A stretch of DNA of 64,000 nt from Squalus acanthias (taxonomy: Eukaryota), in the NCBI GenBank assembly GCA_030390025.1, contig CM059431.1, forward strand, positions 96,226,001 to 96,290,000, written 5' to 3'. Positions 36,663 to 49,556 of the stretch are shown here, in pieces. The notes below the pieces were generated by a model. The model was not told the origin of the DNA, did no database searches, and saw only the letters and a program-made list of their open reading frames with translations. Made by a program: the position numbers and the translations under genes. Position 1 is the first letter of the stretch, and the number at the start of each line of letters is the position of its first letter.

Positions 36663-36669
36663 GACAACT

Positions 36670-37205
36670 GTTAGGATATGAGGAGTCAGGGACAAATTGC
36701 TGAATGGATAGAAAACTGGCTAAAAAAAATCAAAAGCAGAGAGTAGACGTAAAGGGTAGTATTCAGATTGGAGGAAGGTAGAAAGCGGTGTTCCACAAGG
36801 ATCAATGCAGGGACTACTGTTGTTCATAATTTACATTAATGATTTGGACTTAGGAACAAGTAAGTCAATATCAAAATTTCCAGATGATACCAAATTTGTG
36901 GGGGGTTGGGGGTATAGCTAACACTGGAGGAAGAATGCAACATAATACAAGAAAATATTAGAAAACTTCCAGACAGTTAAGCGGCAAATTAACTTTAACA
37001 TAGATAAATATGGTAGGAAAAATAGAAACATCACCTACACCATAGAAAATAAAGAAACTGAAAGGGGTAGAAGAGCAAACGGATCTAGGGATAGAGGTGA
37101 ACAAATCATAAGAATCAGTATCGCAGGTTAGCAAAGCAATTAATAATGTTAACAAAATACTGGGATTTATTTCTAGGAGTGTAGAATTCAAAAGTAGTGA
37201 AGCTA
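36670..37205 (+). mobile_element. Old CR1 RT fragment
   Basis: Decayed SGVPQGS..YINDLD..SKFPDDTK. Confidence 0.75.
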
Positions 37206-37944
37206 TTTTTTTATTCATTCATGGGATGTGGGCATTGATGGCAAGGCCAGCATTTATTGCCCATCCCTAATTGCCCTTGAGAAGGTGGTGGTGAGCCGCC
37301 TTCTTGAACCGCTGCAGTACCTGAGGTGAAGGTACTCCCACAGTGCTGTTAGGGAGCGAGTTCCAGAATTTTGACACAGCGACGATGAAGGAACGGAGAT
37401 ATATTTCCAAGTCAAGATGGTGTGTGACTTGGAGGGGAACTTGCGGGTGGTGGTGTTCCCATGCACCTGCTGCCCTTGTCCTTCTCGGTGGTAGAGGTTG
37501 AGAGTTGCTATCGAAGAAGGCTCCGCGAGTTGCTGCAGTGCATCTTGTAGATGGTACACACTGCAGCCACGGTACGCCGGTGGTGGAGGGAGTGAATGTT
37601 TAAGGTGGTGGATGGGATGCCAATCAAGCAGGCTGCATTGTCCTGGATGGTGTCAAGCTTCTTGATTGTTGTTGGAGCTGCACTCATCCAGGCAAGTGGA
37701 GAGTATTCCATCACACTCCTGACTTGTGCCTTGTAGATGGTGGAAAGGCTTTGGGGAGTCAAGACATGAGTCACTCACTGCAGAATACCCAGCCTCTGGC
37801 TTGCTTTTGTAGCCACAGTATTTATGTGGCTGGTCCAGTAAAGTTTCTGGCCAATGGTGACCCCCAGGATGTTGATGGTGAGGGGGTTCGGTGATAGTAA
37901 TCCCGTTAAATGTCAAGGTGAGGTGGCTAGACTCTCTCTTGTAA
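37206..37944 (-). mobile_element. 3' end of the tRNA-headed LINE family
   Basis: MEYSPLAWMSAAPTT ORF end and the family tail. Confidence 0.85.
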
Positions 37945-37949
37945 ACTTG

Positions 37950-38965
37950 TATACTCCCTTCTTGTGTTTGATCAGGTATCTGCCAAGACTCGTTTTCACA
38001 GCCATATCTCTTTCCTCAGCAACTGTCTCTGGTTCCAACTTATTCCATGTGGATTCCAATTGAAATTCCACCCTTCGTGTTTCGGATCCACCCAGGATTA
38101 TAGATATCTCCAAGATATTCAGCATTCCTCGAACTACTGCTCTCACCACATCCTGAGATCCATGCTCAACGCCATGCAGCACCACACTCTCAACCTCTCT
38201 TTTCAGCAGCACCGACACACTCTATCTCAAAGCTGTCCTGGTCCACAGTTCCATTTCATCCTTTGCCTCATCCGGCGCTTCCAACAAAAAACTTTTTTTC
38301 TTCTTTTCAGATGTCAAGGATCGTAAGCTTCAACAACTCTTGGACACCAACGCCCAAGCGGAACCTTCTTCACCTTCACTTTCCTCTGACCCCATCCCTT
38401 CTTCCAGTCTCACCCCCTGCCGTGTTTTCACTATACCCTCTAACCTTCCCCTCTCTGACCCCGAACGATCAGTCCTCAGCAAAGGCCAGGGCTTTATCCC
38501 CTTACGCCCCCATCTCAATGAATTTCAAGCTCGGCATGATGGCAAGCTCTTTTTGCGTCGCCTTCATCTCCTTGCCCACTTCTTTGGCCCGGAGTCTTCC
38601 CCCCCTTTCTCCCGCTTTCAGAATTCTCATTCTACCTGGACCCCTCCCTCTGGCCTCTTACCTTCGCTAGATCTTTTCATTGCAAACTGCCGGCATGACA
38701 TCGGTCGTCTCAATTTCTCTGCTCCCCTCACTCACTCCAACCTACCTCCCTCTGAACTTGCAGCACTCCGTTCTCTCCGATCCAACCCTAACATTTTCAT
38801 TAAACCTGCTGACAAGGGTGGCGTCGTTGTTGTTTGGTGAATCGACCATGCAGAGGCTGAATGCCAACGGTCTGACACCTCCTCCTCCCTCCCCCTGGAC
38901 CATGACCCCACTCCCAAACATCAAGCCATTGTTTACAAGACTGTCACTGACCTCATCTCCTCTGG
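37950..38965 (+). mobile_element. Penelope-like element, N-terminal ORF fragment
   Basis: LSDPERSVLSKG.GF.P, SNL...ELAALRSLRSNPNIFIKPADKGG.VVVW; homologous to the start of 62366-64000. Confidence 0.8.
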
Positions 38966-40683
38966 AGGACAGAAAACAGCGATTTTTTGGTAAATGTCTG
39001 TCTTTCAGACTGGAGATGGTAGACAGCGGTGTTCCCCTAGTGTCAGTACTGGGGCCACTGCTTTTTTTGATATATATATATATGACCTGGATATTGGAAT
39101 ACGGAGTAGAATTTCTAAATTTGCCGATGACACCAAACTTGGGGGTGTGGCAAACAGTGAGGATGATACCAACCGACTGCAACAGTTCATAGAAAGGCTA
39201 GCAGAATGGGAAGACAAGTGACAGATGGAATTTAATACAGAGAAGTGTGAGGTGATGCATTTTGGCAGAAGGAACAGGGAGAGGCAATATACACTTAATG
39301 GCACAGTTTTAAAGAGTATGCAGGGACAGAGGGACCTGGGAGTTAATGTGCATAGGTCCCTGAAGGTGGCGGGACATATTGAGAGATTGGTTAGCAAAGC
39401 ATATGGGATCTTGGGCTTCATAAATAGAGGTATTGAGTACAAAAGTAGAGAAGTTATGCTGAACCTTTATAAAGCGCTGGTTAGGCCACAACTGGAGCAT
39501 ACAGTTTTGGTGTCCATACTTAAGAAAAGACATACTTGCTCTCGAGGCAGTACAAAGAAGGTTCAATCGGTTAATTCCGGGGATGAGGGGGTGGACATAC
39601 GAGGAGAGGTTGAGTAGATTGGGACTCTACTCATTGGAGTTCAGAAGAATGAGAGGCGATCTTATTGAAACATATAAGATTGTGAAGGGGCTTGATCGGG
39701 TGGACGCGGTGAGGATGTTCCCAATGATGGGTGAAACTAGAACTAGGGGACATAATCTTAGAATAAGGGGCTCCTCTTTCAAAACTGAGATGAAGAGAAA
39801 CTTTTTCACTCAGAGGGTAGTGAGTCTGTGGAATTTGCTACCCCAGGAAGCTGTGGAAGCTACTTCATTAAATAAATTTAAAACAGAAATAGACCGTTTC
39901 CTAGAAGTAAAGGGAATCAGGGGTTACGGGGAGCGGGCTGGAAATTGGACATGAGTTTGAGTTCGGATCGGTCAAGGGCCCTGTGGGTGGCGGAGCGGGC
40001 CCAGGGGCCGAGTGGCCTGGTCCTGCTCCTACTTCTTGTGTTCTTTAGAGTTGAGGTTGGATCAGATCAGCCATGATTTCATTGAATGGCGGAGCAGGCT
40101 CGAGGGGCCGATTGGTCTACTCCTGCTCCTATTTCTTATGTTCTTATGTATTGCGTCCAGTTCTGGTCACCTCACTGTAGGAAGGATGTGAAGGCCCTTG
40201 AGAGGGTGCAGAGGAGATTTACCAGAATGGTTCCGGGGATGGGGGATCTTAGCTACAAGGACAGGTTGGAGAAGCTGGATTTGTTTTCATTAGAGCAAAG
40301 GAGGTTGAGGGGTGATTTGATAGAGGTGTACCATATTATGATGGGTTTGGATAGGCTAGACGGGGAAAGGCTGTTCCCACTAGTTGATGGTACAGTGCCT
40401 AGGGGACACAGATTTAAGGTTTTGGGCAAGAGATACGGGGGGGACGTGAGAAAAACTTTTTTACGCAGCGAGTGGTGAGGACCTGGAATTCGCTGCCGAC
40501 GGAAGTGGTGGAAGCGGAGACACAATTTTTTAAGGGGAGACTGGATAGACACTTGAGGGAAATAAACTTGCAGGGCTACAGGGATAGAGCAGGGGAATGG
40601 GACTGACTGGATTGCTCTACAGAGAGCCAGCACGGACTGGATGGGCCAAATGGCCTCTTTCTGTGCCATTATGACTCTATGAC
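38966..40683 (+). mobile_element. CR1 3' part (38966-39497 plus 40149-40683) with a nested CR1 3' end at 39498-40148
   Basis: RPQLE| ... |YCVQFWSP continuity across the insert; both elements end in their own tails. Confidence 0.88.
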
Positions 40684-41584
40684 CTTCCCTCCATCATAAG
40701 GTCAGAAGTGGGGATGTTCGCTGACGATTGCACAGTGTTCAGTTCCACTCACAACTCCTCATATAATGAAGCAGTCCATGCCCGCATGCAACAAGACTTG
40801 GATGACATTCCGGCTTGGGCTGACAAATGGCAAGTAACATTCGCGCCACACAAATGCCAACAAGCGAGAATCTAACCACCTCCCCTTGACATTCAATGGC
40901 ATTACCATCACCGAATCCCCCACCAACAACATCCTGGGGGTCACCATTGACCAGAAAATAATGGGACCAGCCACATAAATACTGTGGCTACAAGAGCAGG
41001 TCAGAGGCTGGGTATTCTGCGGCGAGTGCCTCACCTCCTGACTCCCCAAAGCCTTTTTACCATCTAAAAAGGCACAAGTCAGGAGTGTGATGGAATACTC
41101 TCCACTTGCCTAGATGAGCGCATCTCCAACAACACTCAAGAAGCTCGACACCATCCAGGACAAAGCAGAGTGCTTGATTGGCACCCCATCCACCACCTTA
41201 AACATCCACTCCCTCCACCACCGGCGTACCGTGGCTGCAGTGTGTACCATCTACAAGATGCACTGCAGCAACTCCCAAACCCACGACCTCTACCACCTAG
41301 TAGGACAAGGGCAGCAGGCGCATGGGAACACTATCACCTGCAAGTTCCCCTCCAAGTTACACACCATCCTGACCTGGAAATATATCGCCATTCCTTCATC
41401 GTCACTGGGTCAAAAGCCTGGAACTCCCTACCTAACAGCACTGTGGAAGTACCTTCACCACAAGGACTGCAGTGGTTCAAGGCGGCGGCTCACCACCACC
41501 TTCTCAAGGGCAATTAGGGATGGGCAATAAATACTGGCCTTGCCAGCGAATCCCAAATCCCAGGAACAAATAAATTAAAAAAAC
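40684..41584 (+). mobile_element. 3' part of the tRNA-headed LINE family
   Basis: DLPSIIRSEVGMFADD start, family tail and A-run at ~41570-41584. Confidence 0.85.
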
Positions 41585-42939
41585 ATTCAAGATTAGTTTG
41601 GACAGATGGATGAAGGAAAAGAGAATGAAAGAATATGAGAACAAGGTGCGTAAATGTGATTAGGACTATTTGCACATGGAGGATAAATGACAACAGGGGC
41701 TGGTTTGGCCATATGGTCCATTTCTGTGTTGGAACTTCTATGTATTTTTGTGTTTACAGAAAGTGCTAGCATCACATTGTGCTACTAAACTGATACTCTG
41801 ACAATAAATATCCTATGTATTCAGGCAGTTTTCAGATCAAGACCAATATAAGATCAATGTTCATCATCACAGTGGCAAGATGTTTTCTGTCAGTTTTCTG
41901 TCCCTTTCGTTCCCAGATCTGCTGACTTCTGGTGGAGAATGACGGCGAGGTGCTTGAGCAGTACTTTGCGCAAGTAACTTCAAGTCCAAGTTGAAGTCCA
42001 GATGGTAAGCATTGGTAGGCTAATCAACCATCACATCACATCGGAGCCTAAGCCAACCCTCACGACATGCACACACATGCATTTTCCACTAGATAGTGAT
42101 CAGCCCAGGAACACTGGTTGAGTTTGTCCCTACAGGCTGAGGCTGATTGTAATATTCTTTACTGCCGGTCTGGCTGAGATCAGCAAATCAAGCCTCCACC
42201 TTTCAGGTCTGGTTGGCCCAGTTACATGTTGCCTGAACCAATTGAATTAGGGGATCTATGTTTGAATGCTTTATACGATTTGAATGGCTGTGTTTCTTGA
42301 TATGTTACTATTCTTAAATGCAATTTGTTACTTTTTTTGTGCCAAGACTAAAAAGCATGTGTGATGTGAAGGTATATAATTAACTGTAAATGTTGCATGT
42401 GCTGCATGGCACACAAGCACTGTGGCAATTGGAGGGCTGGTACTCAGTAATATCAAACAATAAGGAGCCATGATGCTGGTTGTCATGGATACAAGAGTAC
42501 ATTACATTTTTCACAATACAGTAATTGGAAAGCTTCCACAAGCTTGACACTCTGCAGATACGATTTAAATCTCACTGTTTGAACTTAAGAGCACAAGCAC
42601 GTAACATGTGTCATGTTTAAATTCTTTGGCAGTGATAGCATTTTAAGCAGCAACATTCTTTTGTCAAATTCTAAGTTTCCATTTATAACGTGGAGAAGGT
42701 CTTAAACCGCGAGGGTGAGCCCTGTCTGTTCTATGTGAGCTCTGTTCTTTCTGGAGTCAGGCAGTCAGAATGGCTCGAATTACACTTTGCAAAGTAACTG
42801 ATTACATAGGCAGGCAGGATCTAATTACACATTCCAGAGAAACTGCTGGGTGTGTCTTGTCCTCCACAGGGACCAATCAGCAATCAAGTCTCATCACCCA
42901 AGGGGACCAATCAGACCTTTGGTGTTGCGAATCGACACG

Positions 42940-43800
42940 TCCTTAAAAATCTGAATCCAGACCTGAACCCACCTCCAACCTGCACACTTGCGGTTTTAAC
43001 GGAGGCAGGACAGGAGGTGGGAAGCCAATCCGCTGGCAGGTGGCGGGTCAGCTAGTCACATATTATAATGCGACGAGAAGCCTCTGCTTTAACCTCCATT
43101 TTGTATTTAACTTTAGCTGGTCAGGTTTTGTACGTCTCGCGAAACCCGCCAGCTAATGCAAGGCGAGGACTGCTGGATCCAGGACATAATTACCTTTACA
43201 CTTACTTCCTGAATCCAGGGACCCTGCCTAATGCACCCCCCATGATCGGAGACCACTACCCCCTCCACGCCCCCTGGAGGTCTCCGATTCCTCCCCCCGA
43301 CCCCAAGGCCTCTGATTCCCCCCCACGAGGCCTCCCCCACCCCACACCCCCAGGCCTCCGATCCCACCCACTAGCATCCCCGCACCCAGGCCTAAGATCC
43401 ACCCCTACCTCCCCCGCTGTGCCTCCGGCCGCCCTGCAATCATCTTCAGACGCGACCCCCTCACTTCTCCGGCCACCATGTGGCATGCAATCTTCTTCCG
43501 ACACATCCCCCTCCCTCTATTATCGCTGATATACCACCCCTCTGTCCCTCCGGCCACCCGCCAGCCCCAATGCGATCCCTCCCTCCCTCCTCTGTGCAGT
43601 CTAGTGCCGCAGGCCTACACGCCTGGAGCCAGCCAGCCTCTCAATCTGATTGACTGCAGAAGGGAAACAGAGGCTTCCCATGTAAATCAGGCCCTGCTGT
43701 TAAATTCGGCAGGGCCTGCGGCAAACCCATTCTCCCGGGTTTTGGGACAGACTCGGAGCATCCCAGCCCCTAACCCCCCTTCCCCATTAAAATTCTGCCC
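42940..43800. mobile_element. Probable partial Harbinger-type MITE with a C-rich low-complexity core
   Basis: Right end AAAATTCTGCCC resembles the other MITE termini; no matching left end found. Confidence 0.45.
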
Positions 43801-44094
43801 ATTGTGTCTGTGCTGGCTCTATGACACCTTTTTGTTAAATTAAGTGATTCTCCTTGTTTTGGAGCACTGGCAGAGTGCCACTACCTAGAACTTAACTGCC
43901 AAAAAAATTACACAGTAATAAAATAAGTGAATAGAAGTAACATAACATATTTTTACAGTAGTTAACCTTAGCTAGAACTTTAAGTAATAGAAAATAGATA
44001 GTTTGCAATTGTATGTTACACTTACATATGGTTCTTTTCCCTTTTTCAATGTTTGCAGAAGCTAACTAGCTGATCGCTCTTTGTAGACTATAGA

Positions 44095-47000
44095 CAGAAA
44101 AAAACAAGTATTTATATAGCGCCTTTAACGTAGTAAAATATCCCAAGCCGCTTTACAGGAGTGTTATAAAACAAAATGTGACACCGAGCCACATAAGGAG
44201 AAATTAGGGCAGACAAAACCTTGGTCAAAGAGGTAGGTTTTAAGAAGCGTCTTAAAGGAGGAAAGAGAGGCGGAGAGGTTTATAGGGAGGAAATTCCAGA
44301 GATTAGAGCCTTGGCACCTGAAGGTACAGCCATCAATGGTTGAGCGATTAACATCAGGGATGCGCAACAGGCCAGAATTAGAGGAGCACCAATGTTTCGG
44401 GGGGGTTGTGGGGCCGGAAGAGATTGCAGTGATAGGGAGGGGTGAGGCCATGGAGGGATTTGAAAACAAGGATGAGAATTTTAAAATCGAGGCGTTGCTT
44501 AACCAGGAGCCAATGTACGTCAGCGAGCACAGGGTTGATGGGTGAAAGGAATTGGTGTGAGTTAGGACACGGGCAGCAGAGTTTTGGGTGACCTCAAGTT
44601 TGCGTAGGGTAGAATGTGGGAGGCCAGCCAGGAGTGCGTTGGAATAAACAAGTCTAGGAGGTAACAAAAGCATGAATGAGTGTTTCAGCAGCAGATGAGC
44701 TGAGGCAGGGGCAGGGGCAGAGTCAGGTGATGTTACAGAGGTGGAAATAAGCGCTCTTAGTTGTGGTGCGGATGGGTGCTCGGAAGCTTATTTCAGGGTC
44801 AAATGTGACACCAAGGTTGCGAACAGTCTGGTTCGGCCTCAGACAGATGCTAGGGAGAGAGATGGAATTGGTGGCTAGGGAACTGAGTTTGTGGTGGGGT
44901 CCGAAGACAATGGTTTCGGTTTTCCCAATATTTAATTGTAGGAAATTTCTGCTCATCCATTACTGAATGTTGTACAAGCAGTCTGACAATTTAGAGACTG
45001 TGGAGGGGTCGAGAGATGTGGTGGTGAGGTAGAGCTGGGTGTCGTCAGTGTACATGTGAAAACTGACGCTGTGTTTTCGGATGATGCCAAGGGGCAGCAT
45101 GTAGATGAGAAATAGGAGGGGGCCAAGGATAGATCCTTGGGGGACACCAGAGGCAACGATGCGGGAGCAGGAAGAGAAGCCATTGCAGGTGATTCTCTGG
45201 CTATGATTAGATAGATAAGAATGAAACCAGGCAAGCGCAGTCCTACCCAGCTGGATGACAGTGGAGAGGCGTTGAAGGATGGAGTGGTCAACCTTATTTA
45301 TTTCATTCGTTTATGGGATGTGGGCATCGCTGGCAAGGCCAGCATTTATTGCCCATCCCGAATTGCCCTCGAGAAGGTAGTGGTGAGCCGCCTTCTTGAA
45401 CCGCTGCAGTCCATGGGGAAAATACTCCCATAGTGTTGATCGGGAGGAAGTTCCAGGATTTTGACAGTGACGATGAAGGAAGGTGATGTTGTCCAGGTCT
45501 TTCTGCATGTGGGCATGGACTGCTTCTTTATCTGAGGAGTTGCGAATGGAACTGAACACTCTGCAATCATCAGCGAACATCCCCACTTTTGACCCTATGA
45601 TGGAGGGAAGGTCATTGATGAAGCAGCTGAAGATGGTTGGGGCTAGGACACTCCTGCAGCAATGTCCTGGGGCTGAGATGATTGGCCTCCAACAACCACA
45701 ACCATCTTCCTTTGTGCTAGGTATGACTCTAGCCAGTGGAGAGTTTTCCCCGATTCCTATTGACTTCAATTTTACTAGGGCTCCTTGGTGCCACACTTGG
45801 TCAAATGCTGCCTTGATGTCAAGGGCAGTTACTCTCAGGAATTCAGCTCTTTTGTCCATGTTTGGACCAATGCTGTAATGAAGTCTGGAGCGGAGTGGTC
45901 CTGACGGAACCCAAACTGAGCATTGGTGAGCAGGTGATACTCGATAGCACTGTCAACGACACCTTCCAGCACTTTGCTGATGATCGAGAGTAGATTGATG
46001 GGGCAGCAGTTGACTGGATTCGATTTGTCCTGCTTTTTGTGGACAGGACATACCTGGCCAGTTTTGCACATTGTCGGGTAGATGCCAGTGTTGTAGCAGC
46101 ACTGGAACAGCTTGGCTAGAGGAGCACAAGTCTTCAGCACGACAGCCGAGATGTTGTCAGGGCCCATTGCTATATCCAGTGCACTCAGCCGTTCCTTGAT
46201 ATCACGTGGAGTGAATCGAATTGGCTGAAGACTGGCTTCTGTGATGGTGGGGAACTCAGGAGGAGGCCAAGATGTATCATCCACTCGGTACTTCTGGCTG
46301 AAGATGGTTGCGAGTGATTCAGCCTTGTCTATTGCACTGACGAGCTGGGTTCTGCCATCATTGAGGATGGGGATGTTCATGGAGCCTCCTCCTCCTGTTA
46401 TTTGTTTAATTGTCCACCACCATTCACGACTGGATGTGGCAGGACTGCAGAGCTTTGATCGGATCAATTGGTTGTGGGGTCGCTTAGCTCTGTCTATAGC
46501 ATGCGGTTTTCGCAGCTTAGCATGTATGTCCTGTGTTGTAGCCTCACCAAGTTGCCACTTCATTTTTAGGTACGCCTGGTGCTCCTGGCATGCTCTTCTA
46601 CACTCCTCATTGAACCAGGGTTGGTCCCCTGGCTTGCTGGTAATGGTAGAGTGAGCGATATGTCGGGCCCTGAGGTTACAGATTGTGGTTGAATACAATT
46701 CTGCTGCTGCTGTCACACAGCGCCCCATGAATGCCCAGTTTTGAGCTGCTAGATCTGTTCTGAATCTATCCCATTTAGCACGGTGGTAGTGCCACACAAC
46801 ACTCTGGAGAGGGTCCTCACTGTGAAGACAGGACTTTGTCTCTACAACGACTGTGTGATGGTCACTCCTACCAATAGTGTCATGGACAGATACATCTGCG
46901 ATAGGGAGATTGGTGAGAACGAGGTCAAGTCGTTTTTTCCCTCGTTTTGCTTCGCTCACCACCTGCCGAAAGCAATGTCCTTCAGGACTCAGCCAGTAGT

Positions 47001-48345
47001 GGTGCTACTGAGCCAGGCTTGGTAATGGACATTGAAGTCCACCACCTAGAGTACGTTCTGTGTCCTTGCTACCCTCAGTACTTCTTCCAAGTGCTGCTCA
47101 ACATGGAGGAATACTGATTCATCAGCTGAGGGAGAGCAGTAGGTAGTAATCTGCAGGAGATTTCCTTGCCCATGCTTGACCTGATGCCATGAGACTTCAT
47201 AGGGTCTGGAGTCAATGTTGAGTTCTCCCAGGGCCACTCCCTCCCAACTGTGCCGCCATCTCCAGTGGTCAGTCCTGCCAATGATGGTGATGGAGGAGTC
47301 TGGGACATTGGCTGAAAGGTATGATTCTGTGAGTATGACTATGTCAGGATGTTGCTTGACGAGTCTGTGGGACAGCTCTCCCAATTTTGTCACAAGTCCC
47401 CAGATGTTAGTGAGGAGGACTTTGCAGGGTCAACTAGGCTGGGTGTGCCTTCGTCGTGTCTGGTGCCTCGGTCGATGCCGGGTGGTCTGTCCGGTTTTAT
47501 TCTGAGTATGCTCCTTTGTAGCAGTTTGGTACAACTGAGTAGCTTGCAAGCCATTTCAGAGGGCAGTTAAGAGTCAAGCACATTGCGGTAGATCTGGAGT
47601 CACATATAGGCCACACCAGGTAAGGACGGCAGATTTCCTTCCCTAATGGACATGAATGAACCAGATGGGTTTTTAACAACAATCCGGTAGTTTCATGGTC
47701 ACCATTATTAATACTAGCTTTTTATTCCAGATTTATTTAATTAATTGAATTTAAATTCCCCAGCTGCCATGGTGGGATTTGAGCTCTTGTCTCCGGATCA
47801 TTAGTCCAGGCCTCTAGATTACTAATCCAGCAACATAACCACTTTGACAGCCATGTCGAAGGCGGCAGACAGGTCGACAAGGACGAGGAGGGATAATTTA
47901 CCTTTGTCACAGTCACATAGGATGTCATTTTTGACTTTGATAAGAGCCGTTTCACTACCGTGGCAGGGGTGGAAAACTGATTGGAAGGCATTCAAACATG
48001 GAGTTGCAGGAAAGATGAGCATGGATTTGGGATGTGACAACATATTCAAGGACTTTGGAGAGGAAAGGGAGGCTGGAGATGGGGTGGTAGTTTGCAAGGA
48101 CGGAGGGGTCAAGGGTTGTTTTTTTTGAGGAGAGGGGCGATAACAGCAGATTTGAAGGAGAGGTCGACAGTAGCTGAGGAGAGAGTACAATTAACAATAT
48201 CAGCTAACATGGGAGCCAGAAAAGGAAGTTGGGTGGTCAGCAGTTTAGTGGGAATAGGGTCGAGGGAGCAGGAAGTGGGTCTCAAGGACAAGATAATCTC
48301 AGAGAGGGCATGAGGGGAGATTGGAGAGAAACTGGAGAAAGAGAA
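44095..48345 (-). mobile_element. L2 LINE (44095-45293 plus 47848-48345) split by the tRNA-headed LINE
   Basis: ETALIKV.NDIL..DLSAAFD| continues as |VDHSIL across the insert; L2 tail at 44095. Confidence 0.88.
45294..47847 (-). mobile_element. tRNA-headed single-ORF APE-RT LINE, copy 1 (internal deletions)
   Basis: Head and 5' UTR at 47520-47847; NIWGLVTKLGELSHRLVKQHPDIVILTESYL; RT; tail; TSD CAACC/CAGCC. Confidence 0.88.
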
Positions 48346-49556
48346 TTTTAAATCGAGGCGTTCCTTAACCGGGAGCCAATGTAGATCAGCGAGCACAGGG
48401 GTGATAGGTGAACGGGTCCCCAAATTGAACAAGAAATGTTGGTAAATATCAAAAAAAACTGGAAGAACTGTATTTTTTTTTTAAACTGCTAATCAAATCC
48501 ATATTAGAACAAATCTCACAAGATGTTTCTATTAAAATTGAATGGTTTGACCCCTCATTTGGACATCAGGCAAGGACGAAGTGTATTAAGTTAATCTGAG
48601 ATATGATTCTTGTGAACAAAGCTGGATTTTAATGCCTTATGTACCATGACAGAATTAAAGAAGCCCATGCAAGTTAAATCTCAGACAAAAATGTTTATTT
48701 TTTGTCACAACCCCCTTCAAAATAATGAAACTTTCAGAATAAAGTTATTTTACAATTAACTTTTTCTAAGTTATTAGATCTGATTTCCATTAACATTAGT
48801 ACATTTTAAAACAAAACTTCTACACAAGTCACATTTTCAAAGTGCAATTTCAAACTATATTTCAGACCGTATTGGAGCATAATGCAAAGCTAAACATGAT
48901 CCCGAGGGTAAATCCCGCTCTCAACAACTTGTCAAGAGTGTGAATTAGAGAATGGAGTCAGCATTCCCGATTTGTGGTGCTCCCAATTCTCAGATTTTCA
49001 TTCCCATCAAGAAAAGCTCAGAGTGCAGGCTTGAAATATTTACCCATGCATAATATAGTCAATCCACTGATATGCAAATAAAACTAAAATCCTTCTTTAT
49101 CCCTAATCATTTCAGGAGCATTCTACTCTGTCTCAATGAAACCTTCTCAATACAAAACTCATTGGTACACACAAAGAACCTTAAATATATATTATTGTGA
49201 CTAGTTAATATGCATTTACATGGCAGATAATTCATTTCAATGAACTGGTAGTCAGGTCTCGAATAAAACTGTAATTATAATCAAATTGTAGAATTCCCAA
49301 TTGGACTTTGAATGTACAATGTCAAAAATCCATGAAAAATCTAGCACTGTTAAATTTTTAAAGCTGTTGTAATCAACTAATAGTCATGAGAAGCTTCTAA
49401 GTTGCCTTTTCATGTTAAACACAAATTCAAATATAATAGATGGAATGTTCTTCAGGTTGAAAGCTTTTATATTCAGCAGGTTTCATTGTGAGTGACACAA
49501 AATGACAGCTGGCCAGGAATGTGTATGCCCTTGACGAACTGCTAGATATAGTTTCA

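Noticed and set aside
41917..42004. Coding exon with good-looking splice sites
   Set aside because: Stops occur in all three frames and the donor overlaps what appears to be an old repeat fragment.
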